Source of the DNA: a virus
Lineage: Duplodnaviria > Caudoviricetes
Virus record (IMG/VR): IMGVR_UViG_3300032224_000200
Span: 1-25,573 of that record
Direction: 5' to 3' (one strand)
Length of the DNA: 25,573 nt
Every line of letters begins with the position of its first letter. Position 1 is the first letter of the stretch. A program made the translations under genes and the position numbers. A model generated the notes under the pieces. That model was not told the DNA's origin, made no database searches, and saw only the letters and a program-made list of their open reading frames with translations. Shown here one piece after another: positions 17,394 through 25,573 of the stretch.

Positions 17394-20300
17394 GTGGGCA
17401 TTTTTGACGATATATTAGAAGAGAAGAAAAGGCCGGAGGAAACTCCGAGGCCTCAGGGTTTATTTGACGATATAGTAGGGGCTGAAGAAACGCCTCAGGC
17501 CCCAACTCCGCAGGAAGCAACTCCTGTATCCGCACCTAAAGCAGTAGGCCTATTCGACGATATTGTAGGCTCAGAGGGTGGTGGTCAGATCCGCCCCATG
17601 ACAGAATATGCAGAGGCTCCAAGTGATGATTCATCTTTTGTGGGAGCCCTAGGCCGAGGAGCGGCACGTTCCGCAATTCCTACGGGTGCTGGTATTGTTG
17701 GCGGAGCATTAACCGGAGCCGCAGTTGGAGCCGCAATGACTGGTCCAGCCGCCCCCGTAGGTGCGGCAATCGGAGGCCTTGCGGGTGGTGTTCTAGCCTC
17801 AATGGGCGCTGAGGCTTTGCAGGAGTACGGCATGGACAAAATGCTTTCTCCTGAAACAAAGAAGGCGATTGACGATCAATTTAAGAAGGATGCAGAACAA
17901 CAGCCCGTAGCCTCTTTTGTAGGACAAGTGGCTCCTTCAGTGGCTTTCTTTAGGCCTAGCCCAAGCAACCTTTCCAAAGCCGGAGCCTTCGCAAAGCAGA
18001 TTCTATCCGGTGAGATCACTAAGGATGCGATGGAGAATCCTGCCGTAAGAGAGCAAGCCTCCAACCTTCTCAATGTTGCATTCAATACAGGAACTCAGGG
18101 AGGCATGGAGGCCTTCAATCAATTTCAGCATGGAGACTTCAACCCTCTAAGACTAGGCGCGAGCCTAGTTGTAGGCGCACTTAACACTGAGCCCACAAGA
18201 CTAGGCAGGATGGCAACCGCTCCTTCAGAAAGAGTGGCGGAGGCTATTCAGTCTAGGAGGAATGTTGGCGCAGAGGCTCCTCAGGCAGAAGTCACTCAGC
18301 CGGAGGTTCAGCCCGAGACTCAGGCTCCTAAGGTTGAGATTACGCAAGAGCAACCAACCGCTCCGGACAGATCCAACCTTGTCATGTCCCCATTTAAGAA
18401 GGGCAGGCTTACCCGCCTAGATCAATCCGAGACGGAATTGCAGATGCGTTTTGATGAGGAGACTCGCAAGTTCAATCAGGACGAGCCAAGTAATCCATCC
18501 TATTATAAGGAAAGGCTGGATGAAGTTAGGGCATTGAAAGATAGATTGCTGAAGTCGGAAGAAAGGCCAACCAATTCATTTGATGAGGAAATGATTCAAC
18601 CTAGCGAAAATGGCTACGACATTATTGATTTCATCCAAGAGCAAGGAGGGATGCTTTCTAAGGGGAAGGCGATTCGTGATAAGAATATCGAATTGTATGG
18701 GAAGAAAAGTGGTTCTTCTGTTAAGAGGCTAGTCGAAACAACCGCTCCCGCAGAGTACGATGGGATGCCGACATTAAATGGTCCCTATAAAAAACTTATG
18801 AGTGGGACAACTCCGGTAGATGAGATTGCTCAATCTGCTTACGATCAGCTAGGTATTGGGGACGGAACAAGTGGTAGTTTGTGGGTGGCTATTGATAAGG
18901 CAATCACATCTAGGAAAAAGGCATCGGACATAAATAAAACAATCAAGGCTAACGACTCAAAAAGATTGGCCTTTAGCTCAGAGATATTAAAGCCCAAGGA
19001 TGGTCAGACTTCATACAAGACTTCGGACTTGCAGATCGGTGACACTATCACAAGCGGTAAGAACATTTTTAAGGTAACTGACATCAATCCTGAAACCTAC
19101 TCTCGAACCCTAGAAGGTCCTGAGGGTTTTGGAGTTAGGACGATTAAGGAAGATTCAATCATATTTGCCGATAGTGCGGAGAACGTGAATGGTGACTTCC
19201 TGCGGGGGGTTAAGGTTAGGAACGCAAGGCTATCCGCGACTGACCCCGCAATTCCCCTCGATAAAAAGATAGCGATTTTCAAGGGGACAGATAAGGGGGC
19301 CGAGACTGCTGGTGAACGTCCTACATTGGGGCAGAGGCTACAAGGCGTTAAGAATGTTCTTTCCGAAAGGCTGACCGATTTTCGACGTATGTTCCAAGAT
19401 AAGTTCGTGGATGTAGAGAAACTGCAAAAAGGCGTAAGCGCAAGAAGTGGTAAGCCAATCGCTGAAAACGCTGACATCAAGCAGAGGGAGGAGCTTTATC
19501 ACGGAAGAGTTGGTGAAAGGATTGGTAATTTTGAGGACACTAAACTTACCCCTCTATTGGATGAGCTACGGCAAAGCGGTGTAGATCGTAAGGACTTCGA
19601 GCTATATGCCCTAGCAAAACATGGAAGGGAGCGGAATACGGTCATAGCTCAGAGGGATGTCAACAAGCCGGACGGTGGTAGCGGTTTAACGAATGCCGAG
19701 ATAGGAACTCTTATTGACGGGAACAATCCAAGAATCTCAAAGGCCGATCAAAAGAAGATGGAGCCAATTCGTCAAAAGCTAATAGCACTTAACAAGGAAA
19801 CCCTTCGCAATCTTTGGGAGGGAGGACTGATTTCCGGCGAAACCTACGATCTTCTGTCTAATAGGTTCACTGACTACGTTCCGCTTATTGGCAAGGCAGG
19901 TGGTACAGATGTCGAGACGGACGGGACTATCGGTACGGGGGCGGGTTATGATGTTAGGGGTAACGACATTAAGATAGCGGAAGGCAGGAGAACGATTGCC
20001 CCTGATCCATTGGCCTACTCAATTCAGCTTCATAGGGATTCAATCATAAGGGCAGAGAAGAACAGGGTCATCCAAACTGCCGCTCAATTTGCAACCAAGT
20101 ACAGGGACAACGGGGTGATGGAGGTTCTTCAAAAAGGCGAGATTGGCAACGCAAACGACAAGGACATCATCGCATATAAGGATAACGGTGAGACAAAGTA
20201 CCTTAGGATTAAAGATCCAAGGCTAGCTGATGTCATGAAGAACAGGGCTAGCGTTACAACTGGTCCGATTATTCAATTCCTATCAGGGATGAATAGGTGG

Positions 20301-21953
20301 TTTGCTTATGTGAACACGCAGGCCTCCCCTGAGTTTGTAGTAGCTAACTTTGCTCGAGACTTACAAACGGCTTTAGTGAACATAAGCGCGGAGAACTCCA
20401 AGGGATTAGCCTCTGGCCTAATCAAAAGCGTTCCGGACGCTATTAGGGCAACCTATCGGGCAGAAATGGGCAAGCCCGACATGAACGGGAAGATGGATGT
20501 TTATTACCGCGAGTTTAAGGAGGCCGGAGGCAGGATGACTTTCTTCGGACTCAAAGACGTTGCCGCGACTCAAAAAGATATTCAGGGTGCTTTGGGAGAT
20601 GGCACTTACAGGAGCGTAACAAAGGTATTCAAGGTTGCTCTGGACAAGTTGGCTAGACTGAACTCCGCAGTTGAGAATGCCACAAGACTTGCGACTTACT
20701 CCACACTCAGAGAAAATGGATTTTCAGTACAGAAGGCGGCTTATGCGGCTAGGAATATCACAGTCAATTTCACTAGGAAGGGTACTGCCGGACCTTTGCT
20801 CAACTCAATTTACCTATTTGCCAATGCAAACATCCAAGGAACGGCTCGTATCTTTCAAGCGGTAGCGACTAGCCCCAAAGTCAGGAAGATCCTTACGGGG
20901 GTTATGGTTGCAGGATACTTTAGGTCAATGGTGAATCGGATTATTGGTGGTCAGGACGAGACAGGAGAATCCTACTACGACAAGATTCCTCAATACGTTA
21001 AGGAAACCAATTTCATTATTATGAAGCCCGACTCAGGGGGTCAGTATTTTAAGATACCCATGCCATACGGATATTCCGTTGCGGATTATACTGGTCAGCT
21101 ATTGAGTGAGGTTAGCCCCAAGGAGGCATTCGGCGGAGGAGCCTCGAAGTCGCAGGCTTTGGCAAAACTAGCCGGAGCGATGCTCGATAACTTCAACCCA
21201 TTAGGAGCGTCCAAGTCCTTGCTTCAGACAATTTCCCCAACACTCCTAAGTCCGGTTACAGACTACGCATTGAACATGGATTATTCCGGCAGGCCTATTA
21301 TGCCAACCCCATCTCCATTTGACGCGACTCCACCTCCAAACTCGCAAAGGTATTGGAGTAACGTGGGCGGGATTGCAAAGTCAGTATCTCAGAAGCTAAA
21401 TGAACTAACGGGGGGCAATGAGGTGAGGTCGGGTGCTATCGACATCAGCCCCGAAACACTTGGACAGCTTTTTGACTTCTTTACCGGATCGGCTGGGAAG
21501 TTCGCGGAGAGGCTTGCGACTCTTCCTCGTAGTGCATTGAAGGCGAGTCAGGGAGAGATGGATTGGGCTGATGTTGTTGGTGACATTCCTATGACTCGCA
21601 AAGTTTATGGGGCAGTTCCCTCCTACGTTGACACGATCCGTTATCAGGATTTGCGGAAAGAGATTCTTACGGTTGCAGATGAAGTTAAGTTGGCTCAAAC
21701 GACAAGAGACACGAAAAGACTTTCTGAGATTCGATCCTCCGCATCCTCTGAATTGAGGATGGTTGAAATGATTAAGTCCACGGAGCAGTCACTCAAAGAA
21801 CTCCGCACAGAGAGAACTCGCCTAAAAGCCGTTCTCGAAAAGAGCGACAATCCCGCGATTCAGAAGAGGATCGACAAGAACAATGAGACTCAGAAAGCAT
21901 TGATGATGAGAGTGTTAAAAAGGTACAACACTCTTATTGACGATAAAGTGTAA
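17394..21953 (+). CDS. Large internal virion / polyvalent protein with C-terminal LPD38-like domain
   Basis: 1519 aa. GLFDDI repeats, a Gly-zipper hydrophobic segment, and NFARD, ENATR, ITVNFTRKG, YLFANANIQG and KIPMPYG motifs typical of LPD38-bearing proteins. Confidence 0.75.
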   Translation: MGIFDDILEEKKRPEETPRPQGLFDDIVGAEETPQAPTPQEATPVSAPKAVGLFDDIVGSEGGGQIRPMTEYAEAPSDDSSFVGALGRGAARSAIPTGAGIVGGALTGAAVGAAMTGPAAPVGAAIGGLAGGVLASMGAEALQEYGMDKMLSPETKKAIDDQFKKDAEQQPVASFVGQVAPSVAFFRPSPSNLSKAGAFAKQILSGEITKDAMENPAVREQASNLLNVAFNTGTQGGMEAFNQFQHGDFNPLRLGASLVVGALNTEPTRLGRMATAPSERVAEAIQSRRNVGAEAPQAEVTQPEVQPETQAPKVEITQEQPTAPDRSNLVMSPFKKGRLTRLDQSETELQMRFDEETRKFNQDEPSNPSYYKERLDEVRALKDRLLKSEERPTNSFDEEMIQPSENGYDIIDFIQEQGGMLSKGKAIRDKNIELYGKKSGSSVKRLVETTAPAEYDGMPTLNGPYKKLMSGTTPVDEIAQSAYDQLGIGDGTSGSLWVAIDKAITSRKKASDINKTIKANDSKRLAFSSEILKPKDGQTSYKTSDLQIGDTITSGKNIFKVTDINPETYSRTLEGPEGFGVRTIKEDSIIFADSAENVNGDFLRGVKVRNARLSATDPAIPLDKKIAIFKGTDKGAETAGERPTLGQRLQGVKNVLSERLTDFRRMFQDKFVDVEKLQKGVSARSGKPIAENADIKQREELYHGRVGERIGNFEDTKLTPLLDELRQSGVDRKDFELYALAKHGRERNTVIAQRDVNKPDGGSGLTNAEIGTLIDGNNPRISKADQKKMEPIRQKLIALNKETLRNLWEGGLISGETYDLLSNRFTDYVPLIGKAGGTDVETDGTIGTGAGYDVRGNDIKIAEGRRTIAPDPLAYSIQLHRDSIIRAEKNRVIQTAAQFATKYRDNGVMEVLQKGEIGNANDKDIIAYKDNGETKYLRIKDPRLADVMKNRASVTTGPIIQFLSGMNRWFAYVNTQASPEFVVANFARDLQTALVNISAENSKGLASGLIKSVPDAIRATYRAEMGKPDMNGKMDVYYREFKEAGGRMTFFGLKDVAATQKDIQGALGDGTYRSVTKVFKVALDKLARLNSAVENATRLATYSTLRENGFSVQKAAYAARNITVNFTRKGTAGPLLNSIYLFANANIQGTARIFQAVATSPKVRKILTGVMVAGYFRSMVNRIIGGQDETGESYYDKIPQYVKETNFIIMKPDSGGQYFKIPMPYGYSVADYTGQLLSEVSPKEAFGGGASKSQALAKLAGAMLDNFNPLGASKSLLQTISPTLLSPVTDYALNMDYSGRPIMPTPSPFDATPPPNSQRYWSNVGGIAKSVSQKLNELTGGNEVRSGAIDISPETLGQLFDFFTGSAGKFAERLATLPRSALKASQGEMDWADVVGDIPMTRKVYGAVPSYVDTIRYQDLRKEILTVADEVKLAQTTRDTKRLSEIRSSASSELRMVEMIKSTEQSLKELRTERTRLKAVLEKSDNPAIQKRIDKNNETQKALMMRVLKRYNTLIDDKV

Positions 21954-21988
21954 TAAGCATATACAAGCATTAGTGCAAGAACCCCAAC

Positions 21989-22369
21989 TTGAAACTATCC
22001 AACCGTCAAATCGGATCAGTAGGCGTGGCGAAGGTCACAACTGCCTTATTGCAATCCGGCTATTCCGTTCTAGCCCCACTAGAGGATTGCAACGGATATG
22101 ATCTTGTTGCCGAAAAAGGGGGCAAATTTCACAGGATTCAAGTCAAGTGTTCGACTCGCAGACAACCCAATAAGCAAAGGTATGAGTTTATGACTTCCAA
22201 CGGGAACCTTAAAAAGCGCAAGTACACAAACTCCTCATGTGACTACATCGTGTGCATGGGGCTAGAGGATGATCTCTATTGGGTTTTTAAGACAAGTGAG
22301 TGTCTTTGCAAGAGTAAGAAGTGCCATATCAATACCGGATCTGATTGGAAGATCCTTGGGACAATATGA
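21989..22369 (+). CDS. PD-(D/E)XK endonuclease
   Basis: GYSVLAP..YDLVAEKGGKFHRIQVK catalytic pattern and a downstream DY motif; TTG start. Confidence 0.8.
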   Translation: MKLSNRQIGSVGVAKVTTALLQSGYSVLAPLEDCNGYDLVAEKGGKFHRIQVKCSTRRQPNKQRYEFMTSNGNLKKRKYTNSSCDYIVCMGLEDDLYWVFKTSECLCKSKKCHINTGSDWKILGTI

Positions 22370-23001
22370 CAAAGACAACCTCCGGCGGGACAATCGTTAC
22401 GAATTTTGAGTTTCCGCAGGAAGTGGTGGAGAAGCCAAAGACAACTGTATGCGATGCGATCACGATTCCGAATGTTTTTGTTCCGGCTGAATGCTCAGAG
22501 ATAATTGAGCTTGGGTTGGCAGGGGATGTTACGAAGGGCCTTGGTACAAAAGGCGGGAGCGACAAGAAGGTTCTTGGCCGGAATTGCAGTATTTCGTGGG
22601 TTGCTAGGACGGGTTCTACCGAGTGGGTCTTTGACCGCTTGGATAAAGTCCTAAGCGTAATTGGAGGCAAGGTCTATGGGTTCTCCTTGTCTCCTTCCCA
22701 CACCTTTCAGTTCACTATCTACAAGAAGTTCCAGTTCTATAATTGGCACTTTGACAACGGAGCCGCCGGAGATGTGCGGAAGGTTGCGATGGTTATCAAC
22801 CTTTGTAAGCCGGACTCCTATTTGGGCGGATCGCTGAAGATCAAGGCTCACGAATGGCACAAAAAGAAAAGGGCTAGAGAGCAGGGATCGGCCACGTTGT
22901 TCCCTTGCTATCTGCTTCATAAAGCCTGCCCCGTGTGGTGGGGGACTCGATATTCATTGGTGGTGTGGGCAACAGGACCAAACAACGGAGGACTAAAATG
23001 A
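22366..23001 (+). CDS. 2OG-Fe(II) oxygenase (PKHD/prolyl-hydroxylase-like)
   Basis: HxD (WHFD), RKVAM, YLGGSL, FP..LH and TRYSLVVW motifs. ATG 22366 overlaps the nuclease stop. Confidence 0.92.
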   Translation: MTKTTSGGTIVTNFEFPQEVVEKPKTTVCDAITIPNVFVPAECSEIIELGLAGDVTKGLGTKGGSDKKVLGRNCSISWVARTGSTEWVFDRLDKVLSVIGGKVYGFSLSPSHTFQFTIYKKFQFYNWHFDNGAAGDVRKVAMVINLCKPDSYLGGSLKIKAHEWHKKKRAREQGSATLFPCYLLHKACPVWWGTRYSLVVWATGPNNGGLK

Positions 23002-23732
23002 GATCAGTAACAGATGGACTCGCTAGAGGTATGGGTTGGTTTAAGCAAATCGTAGAACAGAAAAGAGCGGAGGATGAGGCGAAGCCCAAGGAGGCCCCAA
23101 AGCCGGAGGCAGTTCGCGCTACGACTACTACCTACCGAGGATGGTTGCCTCCCCGTGATTTGATCCAGAAGATCGTTGAATGGGAAACTGGTGGTCCTAG
23201 GTACTACAACCGATATTTGACTACCCCCCTAAACCCCGTGAATGACGCTTCCGGCCTAACCGTTGGAGTTGGATACGACTTAGGCTACTACACTCCGGAT
23301 CAGATTAAGGCCGATTGGAAGGGATATATCTCAGAGGAGGATGCTGAGAAGCTAGCCTCTGTATCGGGACTGAAGGGCAGGGAAGCGGCTGGGAAGCATC
23401 GGGATGTTGTAGGCGTGACGATCTCTTATGATGTTGCCCTAGCTCAATTCACTAAAGTCACCCTTCCTACTTGGCTTATGAAGGCCTATAAACTATGGCC
23501 GAACTTTGACTCTTTGAATGATCGTCAAAAAACAGCACTCGTAAGCCTAACCTTTAACCGAGGAACATCTTTAATCGGATCAACTCGATCTGAAATGAAG
23601 GAGGTTTATGATAATCTTGAGCGTGGGAACACTCGTCCGATTGCAGGTCTTATTAAGCAGATGGCACTTCGCTCGCCCCTCAAAGGAGTTCAACTTCGAC
23701 GCAAGCAAGAGGGTGAATTATTCGCTAGTTGA
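22998..23732 (+). CDS. Endolysin, pesticin C-terminal / lysozyme-like muramidase
   Basis: Catalytic Glu (IVEWETGG), SGLTVGVGYDLG, ALVSLTFNRG and RRKQE motifs. GGAGG RBS before ATG 22998. Confidence 0.85.
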   Translation: MRSVTDGLARGMGWFKQIVEQKRAEDEAKPKEAPKPEAVRATTTTYRGWLPPRDLIQKIVEWETGGPRYYNRYLTTPLNPVNDASGLTVGVGYDLGYYTPDQIKADWKGYISEEDAEKLASVSGLKGREAAGKHRDVVGVTISYDVALAQFTKVTLPTWLMKAYKLWPNFDSLNDRQKTALVSLTFNRGTSLIGSTRSEMKEVYDNLERGNTRPIAGLIKQMALRSPLKGVQLRRKQEGELFAS

Positions 23733-23943
23733 CCCGACATAAACCCGACAACTTTAACCTAAGTAGTTGATAAATAAGTAGTTTCAAACATTGAGCCTAA
23801 TTGAGCGTAAGGATGATGATGTCACTGTTACACACTTGGCTATATAATTTTAAGAATAATTTGATCATTAACGGTTGCCTTGTGTAGCCATTGGTTGCAT
23901 AAAATAGCTCGTTTTTCGTTAGTTACCCGACATTTTCCCGACA
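23733..23943. other. Putative attP region with integrase arm-type repeats
   Basis: CCCGACA at 23733 and 23744 and again at 23926 and 23937 (both pairs 11 bp apart), flanking an AT-rich spacer at the 3' end of the integrase gene. Confidence 0.75.
23760..23772 (-). promoter_or_regulatory. IHF binding site in attP
   Basis: TAAGTAGTTGATA is the reverse complement of the consensus WATCAANNNNTTR; located next to the arm repeats. Confidence 0.65.
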
Positions 23944-24947
23944 TTCTTAATTTTAGACAATTTCGATTTTAGCCTCTCCCGTGAGGCATGAGCATACACT
24001 TTATGGACTGCCTGCGTATGCCCCAAAATCGCCGCCGCATCCCTCTCGTTAATGCCTTCATCAAACAATCGGGACGCAAGTGTATGACGGAGCCAATGGA
24101 AGGTTGCGTTTGGGACTCCTGCCTTAGCCACTGCCTGCCGGAAGCGATCCCGTAAGGCACACTCGCTAGCATTCTCCGGAGGATAGTCATCAACGGAGAG
24201 GTTCCTTAGGAAATCGGCGAGGTGGGGGTGCATTGACTTCACAATAGGCCTATCCCCTTGCTTCTTCTCACTAAAGCGTATCTCGCCTTGCATGAAATCA
24301 ATGTCCTCCCTACGCACTTTTACGGCTTCCGAGATCCTAGCCCCCGTCCAGATCGCAATCTTGGCACAGGTAAGCCCCCATCCGGATAGGTGGGAGAAGA
24401 TTTTATCTTCTTCTTCGTAAGTCAACCCTCTGCGTTCCTTTCGGGGGTTACGATCTCCGCTTATCTTCTTCATCATGGAGTAGGAGAAGAACTGAGCTTT
24501 GGAATATCCCTTTGCCATTACGAATTTCCAGAAGCTAGAGAATGAGGCGAACATGGATCTCTTGGTGGAGTAGGATGTAGGCTCAGAATTGAGGGATGCC
24601 ACTATCTCCTGAGCGTCTGCTTCGTTGAAGTGGGCAACTAGCTTGTCATTGAATCGAGCTAGTCTCTTGGGAACGGTGGATTGGTGGTTGGCGAATGTGC
24701 CATGCCTAGCAGTTTTGCGGTCAATCTCCGTCCATTCCGCAACCGCCTCTTTGATGGTGATGGGCTTTACATATTCCAAGCCAACGGCAATGCAGGCTAT
24801 CTCCTTCTCTTTGCGAAGGCGGAGTTCGTGAACTTCGATGGGCGGGGCTTTGCCTTCAGCACGAAACTTTGTACTGACTTGCTTCCACTTGCCATCCTGT
24901 TGCCATCCAAGATGCCAATAGCCGCCCCTGCGGAATAGCGATGCCAT
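23919..24947 (-). CDS. int: Tyrosine recombinase / phage integrase
   Basis: TGARISE (R), K, HWLRHT (HxxR), LGH and Tyr (KVYAH), with an N-terminal three-strand arm-binding-like domain. Confidence 0.95.
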   Translation of the reverse strand: MASLFRRGGYWHLGWQQDGKWKQVSTKFRAEGKAPPIEVHELRLRKEKEIACIAVGLEYVKPITIKEAVAEWTEIDRKTARHGTFANHQSTVPKRLARFNDKLVAHFNEADAQEIVASLNSEPTSYSTKRSMFASFSSFWKFVMAKGYSKAQFFSYSMMKKISGDRNPRKERRGLTYEEEDKIFSHLSGWGLTCAKIAIWTGARISEAVKVRREDIDFMQGEIRFSEKKQGDRPIVKSMHPHLADFLRNLSVDDYPPENASECALRDRFRQAVAKAGVPNATFHWLRHTLASRLFDEGINERDAAAILGHTQAVHKVYAHASRERLKSKLSKIKNVGKMSGN

Positions 24948-25189
24948 TAGACTATATCTTTTAATGCTCGTCCTCGCAGGACGATTTCCGGAGTGTGTGT
25001 CGGTCCTGTAAAAATCATGTCATGGACTGCATTGACAGCCTCAATAACTACGAGATTACATGAATAATTCAGGAGCTTAGAAAGCTTATCGAGTTTTTCT
25101 CGAGTTTCTTTCGGAGCCCTGAATCCGATGGTGTCTGAAAGGCCCCCCTCTCTCTTTGAGGGAGCCCGATGTTTTATGGGTTGTGTCAT
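24947..25189 (-). CDS. Ribbon-helix-helix (Arc/CopG-like) DNA-binding protein
   Basis: Beta strand TIGFRAP followed by two helices (KETREKLDKLSKLL, SCNLVVIEAV). TAATG coupling to int. Confidence 0.65.
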   Translation of the reverse strand: MTQPIKHRAPSKREGGLSDTIGFRAPKETREKLDKLSKLLNYSCNLVVIEAVNAVHDMIFTGPTHTPEIVLRGRALKDIV

Positions 25190-25297
25190 GTAAGAAGATT
25201 ACATGGTGCGTAGGTAGGAGTGCAATACCCAGAGGGAGGTAATAAGAATATCTTATAGGCATACAAAGGCAAAGTAATACTTGCGAAGGCTTATTAC
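25187..25297. promoter_or_regulatory. Divergent control region with operator-like inverted repeats and a candidate leftward promoter
   Basis: CATGTAA-N5-TTACATG (25187-25205), ATAAGA-N3-TCTTAT (25242-25256), GTAATA-N12-TATTAC (25274-25297). Minus strand has TTGCAC-N18-TAATCT. Confidence 0.5.
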
Positions 25298-25339
25298 ATA
25301 CTGCTTGTGGTTTGACTACACAACCTCTAGTCAGTGCGT

Positions 25340-25573
25340 ATGGAGAGTGTAGTACAAGAGAGCGCGGAACTCAAAAAAGAATGGTGGAATGTCCACGATG
25401 TTGCTCTTTTCTTAGGGATTAAACCCTCTTCCGCAAAGGTCTGGCTTTGGCGTAATAATGTCCGGCGTTGCAAAGGCAATAATCGCTTAACTCATAGAAG
25501 TTGGGTTGAGGCCTGCCTCGTTAACGGGAAGCGTCCGGAAAGAAAAAAGAGGGTGACTCTGGATGTCCTAGGG
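25340..25573 (+). CDS. HTH DNA-binding protein, excisionase/Cox-like (3' truncated by window, not in ORF track)
   Basis: 78 open codons, MESVVQESAELKKEWWNVHDVALFLGIKPSSAKVWLWRNNV..., with an Xis/AlpA-type HTH pattern; divergent from RHH-int. Confidence 0.65.
   Translation, partial: MESVVQESAELKKEWWNVHDVALFLGIKPSSAKVWLWRNNVRRCKGNNRLTHRSWVEACLVNGKRPERKKRVTLDVLG

Larger units (their letters stand above)
1..25573. mobile_element. Temperate podovirus-like tailed phage genome segment (packaging, head, tail, ejection, lysis, integration modules)
   Basis: Colinear terminase-portal-scaffold-capsid-tail-ejection genes, no tape measure or sheath, integrase next to an attP-like region, and no host genes anywhere in the window. 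Confidence 0.95.

Noticed and set aside
22935-22997. Longer GTG start for the endolysin
   Set aside because: It overlaps the oxygenase catalytic C-terminus; ATG 22998 has a GGAGG RBS and ATGA coupling.
23811-23850. tRNA fragment or dif site as the att core
   Set aside because: Only vague resemblance (TATAGCCAAGTG on the minus strand); no T-arm/CCA and no XerC/D consensus.
1-25573. Stop-codon reassignment
   Set aside because: Genes are full length and densely packed under the standard code; TAA, TGA and TAG all end genes.

Overview
This window is most of the virion (late) region plus the lysogeny module of a temperate, podovirus-like tailed phage, probably of a Gram-negative host. The + strand order is: small and large terminase, a holin/spanin-like cassette, P22-like portal, scaffold, N4-gp56-type major capsid, decoration/fibre genes, a Cys-repeat tail fibre with a gp38-like Gly-rich adhesin, tail adaptor and nozzle, an HlyC/GNAT-like putative acyltransferase, three DNA-ejection proteins (the last a 1519-aa LPD38-type protein), a PD-(D/E)XK nuclease, a 2OG-Fe(II) oxygenase and a pesticin-like endolysin. 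An apparently intact attP follows (paired CCCGACA arm repeats and a consensus IHF site). After it come a minus-strand tyrosine integrase and ribbon-helix-helix gene, and a divergent Xis/Cox-like HTH gene cut by the window edge. The most notable observations are: (i) a possible acylation/processing system for the ejection proteins; (ii) apparent absence of CCNGG and near absence of GCWGC, with the only GCWGC sites confined to one fibre cassette; (iii) an RHH-based, possibly leaderless, lysogeny switch. All calls come from motif reading and gene order by eye; no searches were run.
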